A stretch of 64,000 nucleotides of DNA from contig OY762911.1 in the NCBI GenBank assembly GCA_963666565.1, positions 1,888,001-1,952,000 of the forward strand, written 5' to 3'. Numbering within the stretch: the first letter of the stretch is position 1; every line of letters begins with the position of its first letter. The notes beneath the pieces are model-generated. The model saw only the letters and a program-made list of their open reading frames with translations, did not search any database and was not told the DNA's origin. Shown one piece after another: positions 26,557-36,848 of the stretch. The position numbers were made by a program, and so were the translations under genes. The stretch is from Thermoanaerobaculia bacterium. Its GTDB lineage: Bacteria > Acidobacteriota > Thermoanaerobaculia > Multivoradales > Multivoraceae.

Positions 26557-27704
26557 GCGACCTCCCGTTCCGGCGCCCCGGCGCTCGCCCCGGCCAGCCG
26601 GGTCTCCAGAATCGACACGATTCGCTCCGCCGCGTGCCCGTCCCAGAGCGGAGGCGAACAGGGGCGCGGCGCCGGCCTCGACGCCGCCTCCCGATACGCC
26701 TCCACGATCCGGTCCGGATCGCGTCCGACGATCGCGTTGACGCCGCTCTCGACCGTCACCGGCCGCTCGGTGTTGTCGCGCAGGGTCAGGCAGGGGACGC
26801 CCAGTACCGTCGCCTCCTCCTGGATGCCGCCCGAGTCGGTCAGGCAGACGCGGGCTTCGGCCAGCAGCTTGACGAAGTCGAAGTAGCCGAGCGGCGGGGC
26901 GAGCCGCACTCCCGGCATGGCGGCGACCCGTTCGTCCGTGCCGGACCGCGCGAGCGCTTCCCGCAGCCGCGGATGCGCGGGCAGGACGACCGTCAGTTCC
27001 CGCGAAACGCGTTCGACGGCGTCGAGCAGGCCCGCCAGCATGTCGGGATCGTCCACGTTTGCCGGCCGGTGAAGGGTGAGTACGGCGTAGCGCCGTGCCG
27101 CGAGTCCCCGCGTTTCGAGAGTCCGCGACTCGGCCCAGCGCGGGCGGTAGCGTAGCAGCGCATCGACCAGGAGATTGCCCACCAGGAAGACCCGGTCCGG
27201 GTCGGCGCCTTCGCGGAGCAGGTTGTCGACCGCCGCCCGCTCCGTGCAGAACAGCAGATCGCCGATCGCGTCGGTGGCGATGCGGTTGATCTCCTCGGGC
27301 ATGGAACGGTCGCGGCTGCGCAGTCCGGCCTCGACGTGGACGAGCGGGATGCCGGCCTTGGCGGCCACCAACCCGCAGGCGACCGTGCTGTTGACGTCGC
27401 CAACCACGAGCACCGCGTCGGGACGGCGACGGAGTCCGTCCAGCGCCTCCTCGAACGCGGTCATGATGCCGGCCGTCTGCCGGGCGTGGCTGCCCGGCCC
27501 CACGCCGAGGTCGACGTCGGGCGGCGGCATGCCCAGATCGCGGAAGAAGGCGCCGCTCATCGCCTCGTCGTAGTGCTGGCCGGTATGGACCAGCAGCGGC
27601 TCGATCGCCGGCGCGGCGCGGCACGCGGCCAGAAGCGGCGCCATCTTGATGAAGTTGGGCCGCGCTCCGACCACGTGGACGATGCGCAGCGGCCGGTCAG
27701 GCAT
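26541..27704 (-). CDS. wecB: UDP-N-acetylglucosamine 2-epimerase (non-hydrolysing)
   Basis: VVGARPNFIKMAP, HTGQHYD, HVEAGLRS, MPEEINR, TDSGGIQEE, LRDNTERP. Confidence 0.95.
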   Translation of the reverse strand: MPDRPLRIVHVVGARPNFIKMAPLLAACRAAPAIEPLLVHTGQHYDEAMSGAFFRDLGMPPPDVDLGVGPGSHARQTAGIMTAFEEALDGLRRRPDAVLVVGDVNSTVACGLVAAKAGIPLVHVEAGLRSRDRSMPEEINRIATDAIGDLLFCTERAAVDNLLREGADPDRVFLVGNLLVDALLRYRPRWAESRTLETRGLAARRYAVLTLHRPANVDDPDMLAGLLDAVERVSRELTVVLPAHPRLREALARSGTDERVAAMPGVRLAPPLGYFDFVKLLAEARVCLTDSGGIQEEATVLGVPCLTLRDNTERPVTVESGVNAIVGRDPDRIVEAYREAASRPAPRPCSPPLWDGHAAERIVSILETRLAGASAGAPEREVACLAS

Positions 27705-28944
27705 GGGCCGCCGCCTTCAGTCCCGCCGTCCGCTCGACGATCGCGAGGTAGCGCGCCGCGAGCGGCCCGCGGTCGAACTCGCGCTGCACGAGCGCGACGC
27801 CCGCGGCGCCGAGGCGGCGGCGGAGCGCCGGGTCGGCGGCAAGCCGCAGAACGGCGTCGGCCAGGCCGGCGTCGTCCTCCGGCGCGAAGCAGCGAGCGCA
27901 GCCCGCCTCGTCGACGAGGCGGCGGGGGTACCCCTCGAGACCTGCGATCAGGGGCAGCCCCATCGCCGCGCCCTCGAAGATCTTGGAGGGCAGAACGGTC
28001 GCGAAGAGGGGCGCCGCCCGCAGATGGACCAGGAAGGCGTCCGCGGCCGCCAGCAGGTCCGGGATCTCGCCGTGGTCCATTTGTCCCGCGAAGATCACGT
28101 TGTCGAGCCCGCGGGCGGCCGCCTCGGCGCGCAGGGCGTCCAGCCGGGCGCCGTCGCCGGCCAGCAGGAACGCGACGTCGTCCCGGCCGCGATCGTTCAG
28201 CCGGGCCGCGGCCCGCAGCACGACGTCGAGGCCGTGGGCCATGCCGATCGTGCCGCACCAGGCCACGGTGAAGCGGTTGCCCACGCCGAGCCGTTCCCGG
28301 CGCCGCGCGTCGCGCCGCCGGGGACGGAAGACGGCGGTGTCGACGCCGTTCGTCACCACCGAGCACCGCGCCTCCTCGACGCCCCGCTCCATGAGGGCGA
28401 GCCGGTAACCCTCGCCGACCGTCACGATGTGCCGCGCCGCCCGGTACATGAGCCGCTCCAGCCGCGCGATCAGCCACAGCGCGCCCCGGTTCCGCAGGCC
28501 GCCGACGGCGGTTATCGAGGCCGGCCAGAGGTCGCGGATCTCCAGCAGCAGGGGACGGCGCCGCAGCGTGGCGACGAGTACCCCCGCCCAGCCGCAGAAG
28601 AACTGGGGCGAGGTGGCGACGACGACGTCCGGACGAGGGCCGAAGAGGCCCGATACGACCGCCGTCGTCAGGTAGGACAGCCAGCTTGCGCCGCGCCGCA
28701 CGACGCCGGCGTTGGCGGCCAGGTGGGTCGGGACCCGCACGACGCGGATGCCGTCCATCGTCTCGACCTGCCGCAACCGCCGCGTGTAGCCGGGATAGAC
28801 GACGCCCCGCGGGTGGTTCGGCACGCAGGTGATAACGGTGACGTCGTGGCCGGCCGCCGCCCAGCGGCTGCAATGCGCGTGGGTGCGGACGGCCGGCGCG
28901 TTGCCCTCCGGCGGGAAGTAGTGGGAGAAGAACAGGATGCGCAT
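27697..28944 (-). CDS. GT4 glycosyltransferase (WbuB-like)
   Basis: MRILFFSHYFPPE, VPNHPRG, TSPQFF, EIRDLWP, LPSKIFE. Confidence 0.92.
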   Translation of the reverse strand: MRILFFSHYFPPEGNAPAVRTHAHCSRWAAAGHDVTVITCVPNHPRGVVYPGYTRRLRQVETMDGIRVVRVPTHLAANAGVVRRGASWLSYLTTAVVSGLFGPRPDVVVATSPQFFCGWAGVLVATLRRRPLLLEIRDLWPASITAVGGLRNRGALWLIARLERLMYRAARHIVTVGEGYRLALMERGVEEARCSVVTNGVDTAVFRPRRRDARRRERLGVGNRFTVAWCGTIGMAHGLDVVLRAAARLNDRGRDDVAFLLAGDGARLDALRAEAAARGLDNVIFAGQMDHGEIPDLLAAADAFLVHLRAAPLFATVLPSKIFEGAAMGLPLIAGLEGYPRRLVDEAGCARCFAPEDDAGLADAVLRLAADPALRRRLGAAGVALVQREFDRGPLAARYLAIVERTAGLKAAAHA

Positions 28945-30738
28945 TCAGACGCCCTCGATGCGGATCGAAGCCCGCAAGTCGGACGCGGTTGTGGAGAACG
29001 CCAGGCACGGATTGGGCTGTTCGAGTCCGAACTCGGGGCAGTACCGGGACGGCTCTTCCGCGACCGCGTCCCAGCCCGACCAGGAGACGCGGGCGTGACC
29101 GCCGGGGAAAGCGACCGCGCACGTCCCGCCGCTCGGATCGCCGAGGCGGCAGTCCGGGTGGAAGTGCAGCCGGGCGACCGAACGGACGGGACGCGAGGCG
29201 GTGACCCGGTCCACGATGTCGAGCCGCGGGCCGCTCCGCCAGCGGAAGGTCCGTTCGTGGACCGGCCGGCCCGGAAGATGGCGGTAGCCGTCGTGCCGGC
29301 CGGAGAGCTCGAAGTCGTCCCCGCCCGCCGTCCAGCGCACGCCGCGAGGCCGGCAGCGCCGCCCGACGCGGAAGGCGGCCCACATCTCCGCGGAATCGCT
29401 GCCGCCGACCTCCACCGTGTTGTGGGCGCGCGTCGACCGGCACCAGTCGCGCGCCGCGCCCGCCTCGTAGCTGGACACGCCGCTGTCGACGACGACCCGG
29501 ACGCCCCGCAAGGACAGCTCGAACGAGAACAGGTCGGCGTGGCCGTGCCCCGGCTGGTAGTCCGGGCCGAGCGGCCCGGCGTCGCAGACGACGTAGTCGC
29601 CGGCGGCCGTGCGCGCGCCGTAACAGCCGGTCTCGGCCAGCGCGAACGGACCGTTCGCGGCCGGTGCGCCGGCGTGGAGCGCGCCGGCGACGACTTCGAG
29701 GCCCGTGTCGTCCGAGGCGGCCGCCCGCACCAGGTCCGCCGGCGCGGGCTCAACGCCGAGCGCGCTGTCGTTGAGCAGCGCGATGCCGCCGTCGGGATGG
29801 GTCAGGGCGGCCAGCGCCGCCGCCGCGGGCGCGACGTACGGGCGCGCCAGTTCGCGGAGTTCCGGCCGCCCGGCGCCGCGCAGGAGCAGCAGCAGCCAGA
29901 GAACCCGGCACTGGTACATCGGCGAGCGTTCGACGTGCCCTCCGTCCGCCAGCATCTGTTCCCGCAGCTCCCGCGCCAGGAGCTTCCGCCCCGTCTCGAA
30001 CCAGCGATCGGCACCGGCGTGGTCGAAGCAGCTTCCGGTCAGGGCCAGGGCCGCCGCGTTCTCCAGCAGGTGGTTGCCGAGGAGGCGCCATTCCAGGTTG
30101 CGCTCCAGGTGCGCCGCCTGCCGGTACACGCTCGCGCACAGGGCGTCCCGGAACGCCGGGTCGGCCAGGGTCCCGGCGCGGTGGCGCCCGAAGAACAGGG
30201 CGCACCAGTTGGTCAGCCGGAGCGAGGTCGGATACGGGTCCCATCCGGCGCGACCCGGACCGGGCGGATGGTTGGCCATCCAGTGGGTCGCGACCGCACG
30301 CGCCCGCTCGAACGGCAGATCCCACAGGTAGTCCTGGTAGTGCAGGTGGTAGAGCCAGTGGAGGGGCAGGTCGGCACGGTTCCAGTCGGGCGGGAAGCCC
30401 ACCTCCGCGGGCCGGTTCTGGAAGGTCAGGATGCCCTGCCGCAAGCCGGACTGGCTGGCCGCGGCGGGCGGCGGCAAGCCGTCCGTCGACGGCCCGCTTG
30501 GCGCCGGCTGGCCGGATCCGCCGGGGCGAGGCGGACGGAGCGGCCGCATCGAAGATGCGCGGGGGAGCCGATGCAGCGCCTGGTGGACGATCTGGCGAGC
30601 GCGGAGATGGCGGACCGTCCGCAGGAACCGGGCCGCGCCGGTGGCCCAGCCGCCGGCGCCCGGCGGTATCGCTGCGCCCGGCCGCGAACCGTCGGCGGCC
30701 GCCGACGGCATCGCGGGTTTCGGCTGCGGGCCGTTCAT
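28945..30738 (-). CDS. Heparinase II/III family protein
   Basis: WLYHLHY, WDPYPTSLR, LGNHLLEN, DGGHVERSPMY, GHGHADLFSFEL, RSTRAHNTV. ATG 30738 overlaps the upstream stop. Confidence 0.9.
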   Translation of the reverse strand: MNGPQPKPAMPSAAADGSRPGAAIPPGAGGWATGAARFLRTVRHLRARQIVHQALHRLPRASSMRPLRPPRPGGSGQPAPSGPSTDGLPPPAAASQSGLRQGILTFQNRPAEVGFPPDWNRADLPLHWLYHLHYQDYLWDLPFERARAVATHWMANHPPGPGRAGWDPYPTSLRLTNWCALFFGRHRAGTLADPAFRDALCASVYRQAAHLERNLEWRLLGNHLLENAAALALTGSCFDHAGADRWFETGRKLLARELREQMLADGGHVERSPMYQCRVLWLLLLLRGAGRPELRELARPYVAPAAAALAALTHPDGGIALLNDSALGVEPAPADLVRAAASDDTGLEVVAGALHAGAPAANGPFALAETGCYGARTAAGDYVVCDAGPLGPDYQPGHGHADLFSFELSLRGVRVVVDSGVSSYEAGAARDWCRSTRAHNTVEVGGSDSAEMWAAFRVGRRCRPRGVRWTAGGDDFELSGRHDGYRHLPGRPVHERTFRWRSGPRLDIVDRVTASRPVRSVARLHFHPDCRLGDPSGGTCAVAFPGGHARVSWSGWDAVAEEPSRYCPEFGLEQPNPCLAFSTTASDLRASIRIEGV

Positions 30739-33083
30739 GCCGGCGTTTCCACGGCGACCGGACGGCCGGTCCGCAAACTGCGAACGGCGGCGAAGCAGAC
30801 GCGGTGCGTGGCGGCGAGGCTCCGCCACGGAATCGGCCAGGCGCCGCCGTCCCGGCAGGCGTCGACGAACGCGGCCAGCGCCTCGGCGTGTCCCTTCGCC
30901 TGCCGGCCGCGCAGGTTCGGGCCGCCGCCGTGGCACTTCGTAACGCGGAAGTCGTCCAGGACGGCGCTCCGGCCGCCCGCGAACGCCTCGCAACGCTCCT
31001 TGGCCAGCCCGGGGTGCCCGACCGTGACGTACTGGATCGTCGCCAGCGACCCGCCGGCGTAACGCACGGTGACGACGGCGGTGTCGCCCGCCGCGCCCTC
31101 GGGACCGTCCGGCGCGATGCCGGCGGCCGTCACCTCCACCGGGTCGGCGTCGATCAGCGCGCCGCAGAAGTCGACGAAGTGGCATGCCTCGCCGACGAGG
31201 CGGCCGCCTTCGCGGGGGTCGTTCAGCCAGCTCCCGGGCGGAACCGGGCCCGCGTTGACCCGGTACGCGACGAACCGGGGAACGTCAGTGCCGCCAAGCC
31301 CTCCGTCCCGAGATTCCTGGCGGTGGGCCGCGGCGCTTTTGGGTGCCTGGAAGTGCCTTTTCGGGGGTGGGTGGGGGTGAGGATTCAGAGAGGACGAAAA
31401 ACAGGACCGAAGCGCCCGGGCGTGCGGCGAGAAGCGACGGTTGAAGCCGACCGTCAGACAGGGGCTCGCCCCGGCCCCGCGCGCGTCGGCCAAGGCCTGC
31501 TCGACCTCCTCCAGTTCGGCTGCCGAGACGCACAACGGCTTCTCGACGAACACGTGCTTGCCGGCCCGCAGGGCCGCCGCCGCGAGTTGCGCGTGGCTGG
31601 CGTGGTTGGTGGCGACGACGACCGCGTCGATGCCGGGGTCGGCGAGCAGCCGTTCCGGATCGCTGGTGGCCAGCGCGCAACCGAAGCGCTCGGCCGCTTC
31701 GCTTGCGCTGCGGCCGCCGCGGCTGCACACGCCGGCCAGACGGACGCCGCGCTGCTTCGCCAGGTGCGGCAGCAGAACGCCGCGCGCGAACTTGCCGGCG
31801 CCGACGATGCCCACACGGAGGTCGCCGTTGCCAGGAGCCTGCGCGGCAGAAACCGGGTGCGCCGGCGCGCTCGCGGTCGCGACCGTCTCCTGGGCCGGCG
31901 GGGCGCCGCTCCTCCCGGCTCCGTCGAGACGTACCGTCCGCTCCAGGGCCGCGGCTTCCGGGTACTCCAGCAGGATGCCGAGCGCTCGCTCCGCCCGTCC
32001 CTTCGGCTTCCGGCCGTTCAGGAGAGCGTAGGCGTCGAGGGCCTCGCCGATGGGAAGCCGGTGCGTTACCAGCGCCGCCGGCGTCACCTTGCCCTGCTCG
32101 GCCAGCCAGAGGAAGCTCTCCATGTTGCGCTGCTCGGTGAAGCGCACGTGCGCGAACGGGTAGTCGTGCCCCTGCTCTTCGTAGACGGGGTCGTAGCGGC
32201 CCGGTCCGGCGGAAGTCGACAGGCGCAGGTCGAGCTCCTTGCGGTAGAACGGTTCGCGCGGCACGTTCAGACCGACCAGGCCGACGACGACCACCCGGCC
32301 GCCGCGGCGCGACATCTCCGCCGCGGTCGCTACCGGTTCGGCGCTTGGCGTGGCGGCGGCCACGATCACGGCGTCCGCGCCGCGGCCGTCCGTGAACGCT
32401 TCGCACGCGGCGAAGCCTCCCTCGACCACCGCGACGTCGACGCCCAACCGGCGGGCCAGAGCGACTCGCTTGCCGTCGGGGTCGACGCCCAGCACCGCGC
32501 AGCCGTTCGCCTTCAGGATCTGCGCCGTCAGCAGGCCGATCAGCCCCAGGCCGATCACCGCGACCCGCTCGCCGATGCGGGGCTCGGCCTGCCGCACGCC
32601 CTGCATCGCGATGGCGCCGACGGTGGCGAACGCGCCGTCCGCCCAGGAGACGCCCACGGGGATTCGCGCGCACAGGTTGCGGGGCACGGCGTTGAACTCG
32701 GCGTGGGCGGCGTAGCCCGCGCCCGCCACCGCGACGCGATCTCCCGGCCGCAGGCCGCCCGCCTCGGCACCCGCCTCGACCACCTCGCCGGCAGCCGAGT
32801 AGCCCAGGGGAAGCACCTCGTCCAGGGTCGCCCGGACCTTCTCCGCCGTCGCGCCGATTCCCTCCGCGCGCGCCTTGCCGAGCACCTGCCGCACCAGGTC
32901 GGGGCGCGCCTTCGACTTGCCGAGAAGACTCTTGCGCGCGAGGTCGAGCACCTGCCGCTCCGTGCCGGACGACACGACGCTGCAGCGGGTCCGGACGAGC
33001 ACGCCGCCTGGTGGGCAGGCCGGCGCGGGCGTTTCCGCCAACCGCACGTCGCCGTTTCGGCGGGAGTAGACGACCTGCTTCAC
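30735..33083 (-). CDS. Bi-domain oxidoreductase (Zn-ADH-like + Gfo/Idh/MocA)
   Basis: VSSGTE, PLGYSAAGEV, GLGLIG, GPGRYDPVYEEQGHDYP, VFVEKP, VGFNRRFSP, GEACHFVD. Confidence 0.92.
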   Translation of the reverse strand: MKQVVYSRRNGDVRLAETPAPACPPGGVLVRTRCSVVSSGTERQVLDLARKSLLGKSKARPDLVRQVLGKARAEGIGATAEKVRATLDEVLPLGYSAAGEVVEAGAEAGGLRPGDRVAVAGAGYAAHAEFNAVPRNLCARIPVGVSWADGAFATVGAIAMQGVRQAEPRIGERVAVIGLGLIGLLTAQILKANGCAVLGVDPDGKRVALARRLGVDVAVVEGGFAACEAFTDGRGADAVIVAAATPSAEPVATAAEMSRRGGRVVVVGLVGLNVPREPFYRKELDLRLSTSAGPGRYDPVYEEQGHDYPFAHVRFTEQRNMESFLWLAEQGKVTPAALVTHRLPIGEALDAYALLNGRKPKGRAERALGILLEYPEAAALERTVRLDGAGRSGAPPAQETVATASAPAHPVSAAQAPGNGDLRVGIVGAGKFARGVLLPHLAKQRGVRLAGVCSRGGRSASEAAERFGCALATSDPERLLADPGIDAVVVATNHASHAQLAAAALRAGKHVFVEKPLCVSAAELEEVEQALADARGAGASPCLTVGFNRRFSPHARALRSCFSSSLNPHPHPPPKRHFQAPKSAAAHRQESRDGGLGGTDVPRFVAYRVNAGPVPPGSWLNDPREGGRLVGEACHFVDFCGALIDADPVEVTAAGIAPDGPEGAAGDTAVVTVRYAGGSLATIQYVTVGHPGLAKERCEAFAGGRSAVLDDFRVTKCHGGGPNLRGRQAKGHAEALAAFVDACRDGGAWPIPWRSLAATHRVCFAAVRSLRTGRPVAVETPA

Positions 33084-33221
33084 GGTGGGTGGGATGCTAC
33101 AGGGATTGTGACCCTAGCGGGACGATTTCATGTAGATTGAGTGCATTGCTTGCATGGAGCCGGCTGCAGCCGGAGGCAGGAGACGCGCACAGCCGGCGAT
33201 GGGCTGCGTATCATCGGCTTC

Positions 33222-34502
33222 ATGGAGCAGGGGTCGAAGAGCGCGGTGGAGAGCCCGGCGGCCGGTGCCGAACGCCGGCCGATCAGGCTGGCCACGATCG
33301 TCAGTCATCCCATCCAGCATTTCTGCCCACAGTACGCAAGCTGGGCGCGGCTTGACGGTGTCGACCCCCAAGTCTTCTTCGCGTCGCGACAGGGTCTTGA
33401 ACCGTACCACGACGCGGACTTCGCCACGAGCGTCCGGTGGCGGGATCTGGCGCTCGACTTCCCGCACGAATTCCTGCCCGGCGCGGGCGATCGGCCGGTG
33501 ACTGCGAGGCTGGACGCGCCGGAAGTGGAGGAGCGGCTCGCCGCCTTCCGGCCTCACTGCGTTCTGGTCTACGGCTACGTGCAGCGCTTGCAGCGCCGGG
33601 CCGCCCGCTGGGCCCGCAGCGAGGGCGTGCCCGTCATGATGATTTCGGACTCCGAACTCCGGCAGAAGCGAAGCTGGCCCCGGCGGGCGGTCAAGGCGCT
33701 CGCGTTGCCGCCTCTCCTGCGGCGAGTCGACCGGTTCCTGACGATCGGCGACGCGAACGAGGCCTACCTGCGCCGCTACGGCGTGGCGGACGAGAAGTTC
33801 GTCCGCTGTCCCTTCTCCATCGACGTCGCCGCGGCGGATCGGGCTCTCGCCCGCCGCGACGATCGGCGCGCCGCCGTGCGCGACCGGCATGGCATTCCCG
33901 CCGGCCACCTCGTCGTCCTGATGGCCGGCAAGCTGATTGCGAGGAAGCGGCAACGGGACCTGGTCGCCTTCTCGAACCGCGTTCGCGCGGCGCGCGACGA
34001 CGTGACCGTGATCCTGGCCGGCTCGGGTCCCGATGAGGCGAGCCTGCGGCGTCAGGCGCGGGATCACGGTCCCGGCGGCGTCGTCTTCGCCGGTTTCGTC
34101 CAGCCGCGAAGCCTGGCGCACTACTACTGCGCGGCCGACGCGTACGTCCACTGCGCCGAGAAGGACCCGCACCCGCTCGCGGTCACCGAAGCCGTCTACG
34201 CCGGGTTGCCGGTCGTGCTCTCCCATCGCTGCGGCAACCACGGGCCGGCGGACGAGGTGAGGTCCGGCCTGAACGGCTACGTCTACCGGTGCGGCGACGT
34301 GCGGGCGCTCGAAGCGGCCCTGGCGCGGATCCTCGACTCCCGCGAGCGCCGCGAGTCGATGGCGCGGGCGTCCCGGCGGATCGGCCGCGCGAACCAGCGC
34401 CTGGCGCACGGCGAAGGACTCCTGCAGGCGCTCGACAGTCTTCAGGTCGCGACGGGCGGCTGGTCGTCGCGACCTGACGGCGCGCCGATCGAGGTTTCGT
34501 GA
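33222..34502 (+). CDS. GT4 glycosyltransferase
   Basis: SHPIQHFCP, AGKLIARKRQRDL, AGFVQ, DPHPLAVTEAVYAGLPVV. Confidence 0.88.
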   Translation: MEQGSKSAVESPAAGAERRPIRLATIVSHPIQHFCPQYASWARLDGVDPQVFFASRQGLEPYHDADFATSVRWRDLALDFPHEFLPGAGDRPVTARLDAPEVEERLAAFRPHCVLVYGYVQRLQRRAARWARSEGVPVMMISDSELRQKRSWPRRAVKALALPPLLRRVDRFLTIGDANEAYLRRYGVADEKFVRCPFSIDVAAADRALARRDDRRAAVRDRHGIPAGHLVVLMAGKLIARKRQRDLVAFSNRVRAARDDVTVILAGSGPDEASLRRQARDHGPGGVVFAGFVQPRSLAHYYCAADAYVHCAEKDPHPLAVTEAVYAGLPVVLSHRCGNHGPADEVRSGLNGYVYRCGDVRALEAALARILDSRERRESMARASRRIGRANQRLAHGEGLLQALDSLQVATGGWSSRPDGAPIEVS

Positions 34503-35710
34503 ACGGGTACCCGGATCGGGCGCGCGTCCTCCCGCCCGGCGGCGCCGCTTCCGGGCCGACCGTCATCCATGTGACGCCTTCGGTGTCCCGCGAATCCAGC
34601 GGGCCGACCTACACGGTGGTCCGCCTGTGCGAGTCGATGATTGCGGCCGGCGCCGACGCCGAAGTGGCCACTCCCGACGTCGACCCGAACCGGCAGCCGC
34701 CGGCCTTCGTGCGCCAGTTCCCGCCTGGGCGCGGGCCACGGCTGCTGGGGAACTCGCCCGCACTCCGGCGGTGGTTGGGCGCCCAGGCGGGTTCAGGACG
34801 CGCCGCGATCCTGCATGCCCACGGCCTCTGGCGGATGAGCGTCGTCTATCCGGCCTGGGCCGTGCGCAAGGGCGGCGCGACACTGATCGTCTCTCCCCGG
34901 GGGACGCTCTCGCCGTGGGCGATGCGCCATCACGCCGCGTCCAAGCTGCCGTTCTGGGCCGCCCTGCAGCGGTCCGCCATGAAGCGGGCGGCCTGCTTCC
35001 ACGCCACCTCCGAACAGGAGTACGAAGACGTGCGCCGGCTCGGGTTCCGCCAGCCGGTCGCCGTCATTCCGAACGGCGTCGATCTTCCGGCCCCGGCCGC
35101 GGCGCCGCGCGGCGAGGCCAGGACCCTCCTTTTCCTGGGGCGCCTGCACCCGGTCAAGGGCGTGGACGCGCTGATCGACGCGTGGCGCCTCGTGCAGGAC
35201 CGGTTCCCGGTCTGGCGGCTCCTGATCGCCGGCAACGACATCGACGGCCGGGGCCGCAGCGGCTACGCGGACACGCTTCGGCGCCGCGTCGCCGAGCGAG
35301 GCGCGGAACGCGTGCGCTTCGCGGGCGAACTGCGCGGCGAGGCGAAGTGGGAGGCATACAGCCGGGCCGAGCTCTACGTGCTGCCGTCGCATTCCGAGAA
35401 CTTCGGCGTGACCGTCGCCGAGGCGCTGGCCTCGGCCACGCCCGTCGTCACCACGCGCGCCACGCCATGGCGTGCGCTGGAGGCCCGCGGTGCCGGCTGG
35501 TGCATCGAGACGGGGGCGGCGCCCCTCGCCGAAACCCTCCGCGATGCGCTGGCCCGCGACCCGGTCGACCTGGCCGCGATGGGGCGGCGGGGGAGGCGAT
35601 GGATGGCGGCGGACTACTCGTGGCCCGACATCGGTCGGCGGATGGTCGCCACTTGCGACTGGCTGCGGGGCGCCCGGGCGGAGAAGCCCGAGTGGGTGCG
35701 GACCGACTGA
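34499..35710 (+). CDS. GT4 glycosyltransferase
   Basis: HAHGLW, SPRGTL, FHATSEQE, LFLGRLHPVKG, LPSHSENFGVTVAEALA. Confidence 0.92.
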   Translation: MNGYPDRARVLPPGGAASGPTVIHVTPSVSRESSGPTYTVVRLCESMIAAGADAEVATPDVDPNRQPPAFVRQFPPGRGPRLLGNSPALRRWLGAQAGSGRAAILHAHGLWRMSVVYPAWAVRKGGATLIVSPRGTLSPWAMRHHAASKLPFWAALQRSAMKRAACFHATSEQEYEDVRRLGFRQPVAVIPNGVDLPAPAAAPRGEARTLLFLGRLHPVKGVDALIDAWRLVQDRFPVWRLLIAGNDIDGRGRSGYADTLRRRVAERGAERVRFAGELRGEAKWEAYSRAELYVLPSHSENFGVTVAEALASATPVVTTRATPWRALEARGAGWCIETGAAPLAETLRDALARDPVDLAAMGRRGRRWMAADYSWPDIGRRMVATCDWLRGARAEKPEWVRTD

Positions 35711-35716
35711 CGAACA

Positions 35717-35786
35717 CCGGGTGCGCGGGTCCTCTGACCCGCTGCCGCCGATGGCGGCCGGGGACCCGTGCCAGCCGGAAGGCCGG
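35717..35786. repeat. REP-like element copy
   Basis: CCGGGTGCGCGGGTCCTCTGACCCGCTGCCGCCGATGGCGGC between convergent genes. Confidence 0.8.
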
Positions 35787-35810
35787 TGCCGCTCCGGCGG
35801 CGGCTGTCGA

Positions 35811-36848
35811 TCACGAAGCCCGGAACTTCTCGACGATGACCGCGGCCCGGTGCGACCAGCGGTTTTCGCGCACGCAGCGCTCGTGCCCGGCCTCGGCGAT
35901 GCGGACGCGCTCCGCTTCGTTGTCCAGGTAGTGGCGGACCTTCTCGACCAGCTCGTCCGGACCGTCGAAGCAGGCCACTTCCCGCCCCTCCTCGAAGAAC
36001 CGGGCCAGTTCCTCCGTCCGTTGGTGCAGCATGAACCCGCCGCTGGCCGGCAAATGGAAGGTGCGGTCGGTGATGCGGTCGCCGGCACTTGCGCCGGGCC
36101 TTCTCTCCGAGAGCAAGCCGAGGTTGATCCGCGATTCGCCGATCGCCAGGGCGTAGAAGTCGCCGTAGATGGGGCCGCCCCGGACGGCGCGGCGCAACGC
36201 GGCGGATTCGGTCCGCTCCCATTCGTCCCCCCAGACGGCCAGCCTCTCCGGCCCGATGTCTTCGGCGAGGGCCGCCAGCAGCCTCTCCTTGTGGGGTGTC
36301 CGCCGGCCCAGGAACGACACGTCCGGCGCGTCGGTCAGGGTTTGGACGGAGGCGAGTGGCCGGTGGATGAGCGGGTCGGAGGCGTGCGGCAGGTACGACG
36401 CGTTCGCGAGGCCGAACCGGGTCTCGATGTCGACGACGTTGGACGAGTGAGCCCCGAAGATGTGATCGAAGAGGGGGAAGATGCCTCGGTCCAGACCCCA
36501 GTGGCCCGCCAACGAACCGTCCGGCCAGAAGTTGCACGACCAGACGCCGCGCCGATGCGCTTCGGCCATGGTTGCCGGGGCGAGCCCCGTTCCTTTGAAC
36601 ACCACCAGGAAGTCGGGCCGCAAGCGACGGACCGACTCGCGCACGCGGCGGTTGAACTGCGATCGGTACAGCGGGCTCATGGCGCGCCGAGCGGCGCGAG
36701 CGGCCGGGGAGCCGTCGACGGCGGGGAAGAAGCGGTCCCAGCCGACGAGCTCCACCGCGTGGCCGAGTTCCCGGAATCCCCGGACCAGGCCGGTGCAGTC
36801 CGAGCCGTGCCAGCTTTCGCCGACGACGACGATGCGCAGTGCAGTCAG
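35811..36848 (-). CDS. Glycosyltransferase (CgeB/YkvP-like GT-B); start uncertain, possibly CTG at 36848
   Basis: LRIVVVGESWHGS, DFLVVFKG, DVSFLG, SRINLGLL, DRITDRTFHLPASGGFMLH. Confidence 0.82.
   Translation of the reverse strand: MTALRIVVVGESWHGSDCTGLVRGFRELGHAVELVGWDRFFPAVDGSPAARAARRAMSPLYRSQFNRRVRESVRRLRPDFLVVFKGTGLAPATMAEAHRRGVWSCNFWPDGSLAGHWGLDRGIFPLFDHIFGAHSSNVVDIETRFGLANASYLPHASDPLIHRPLASVQTLTDAPDVSFLGRRTPHKERLLAALAEDIGPERLAVWGDEWERTESAALRRAVRGGPIYGDFYALAIGESRINLGLLSERRPGASAGDRITDRTFHLPASGGFMLHQRTEELARFFEEGREVACFDGPDELVEKVRHYLDNEAERVRIAEAGHERCVRENRWSHRAAVIVEKFRAS

Noticed and set aside
21069-27624. Giant N-terminal extensions in the ORF track for wzc, wza and the WecA fusion
   Set aside because: The extensions overlap upstream genes in other frames. 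True starts with RBS or coupling are at 23318, 24187 and 26556.
27646-33140. Long plus-strand ORFs 27646-31062 and 30498-33140, and similar ones such as 46204-49812
   Set aside because: Shadow ORFs opposite well-supported genes.
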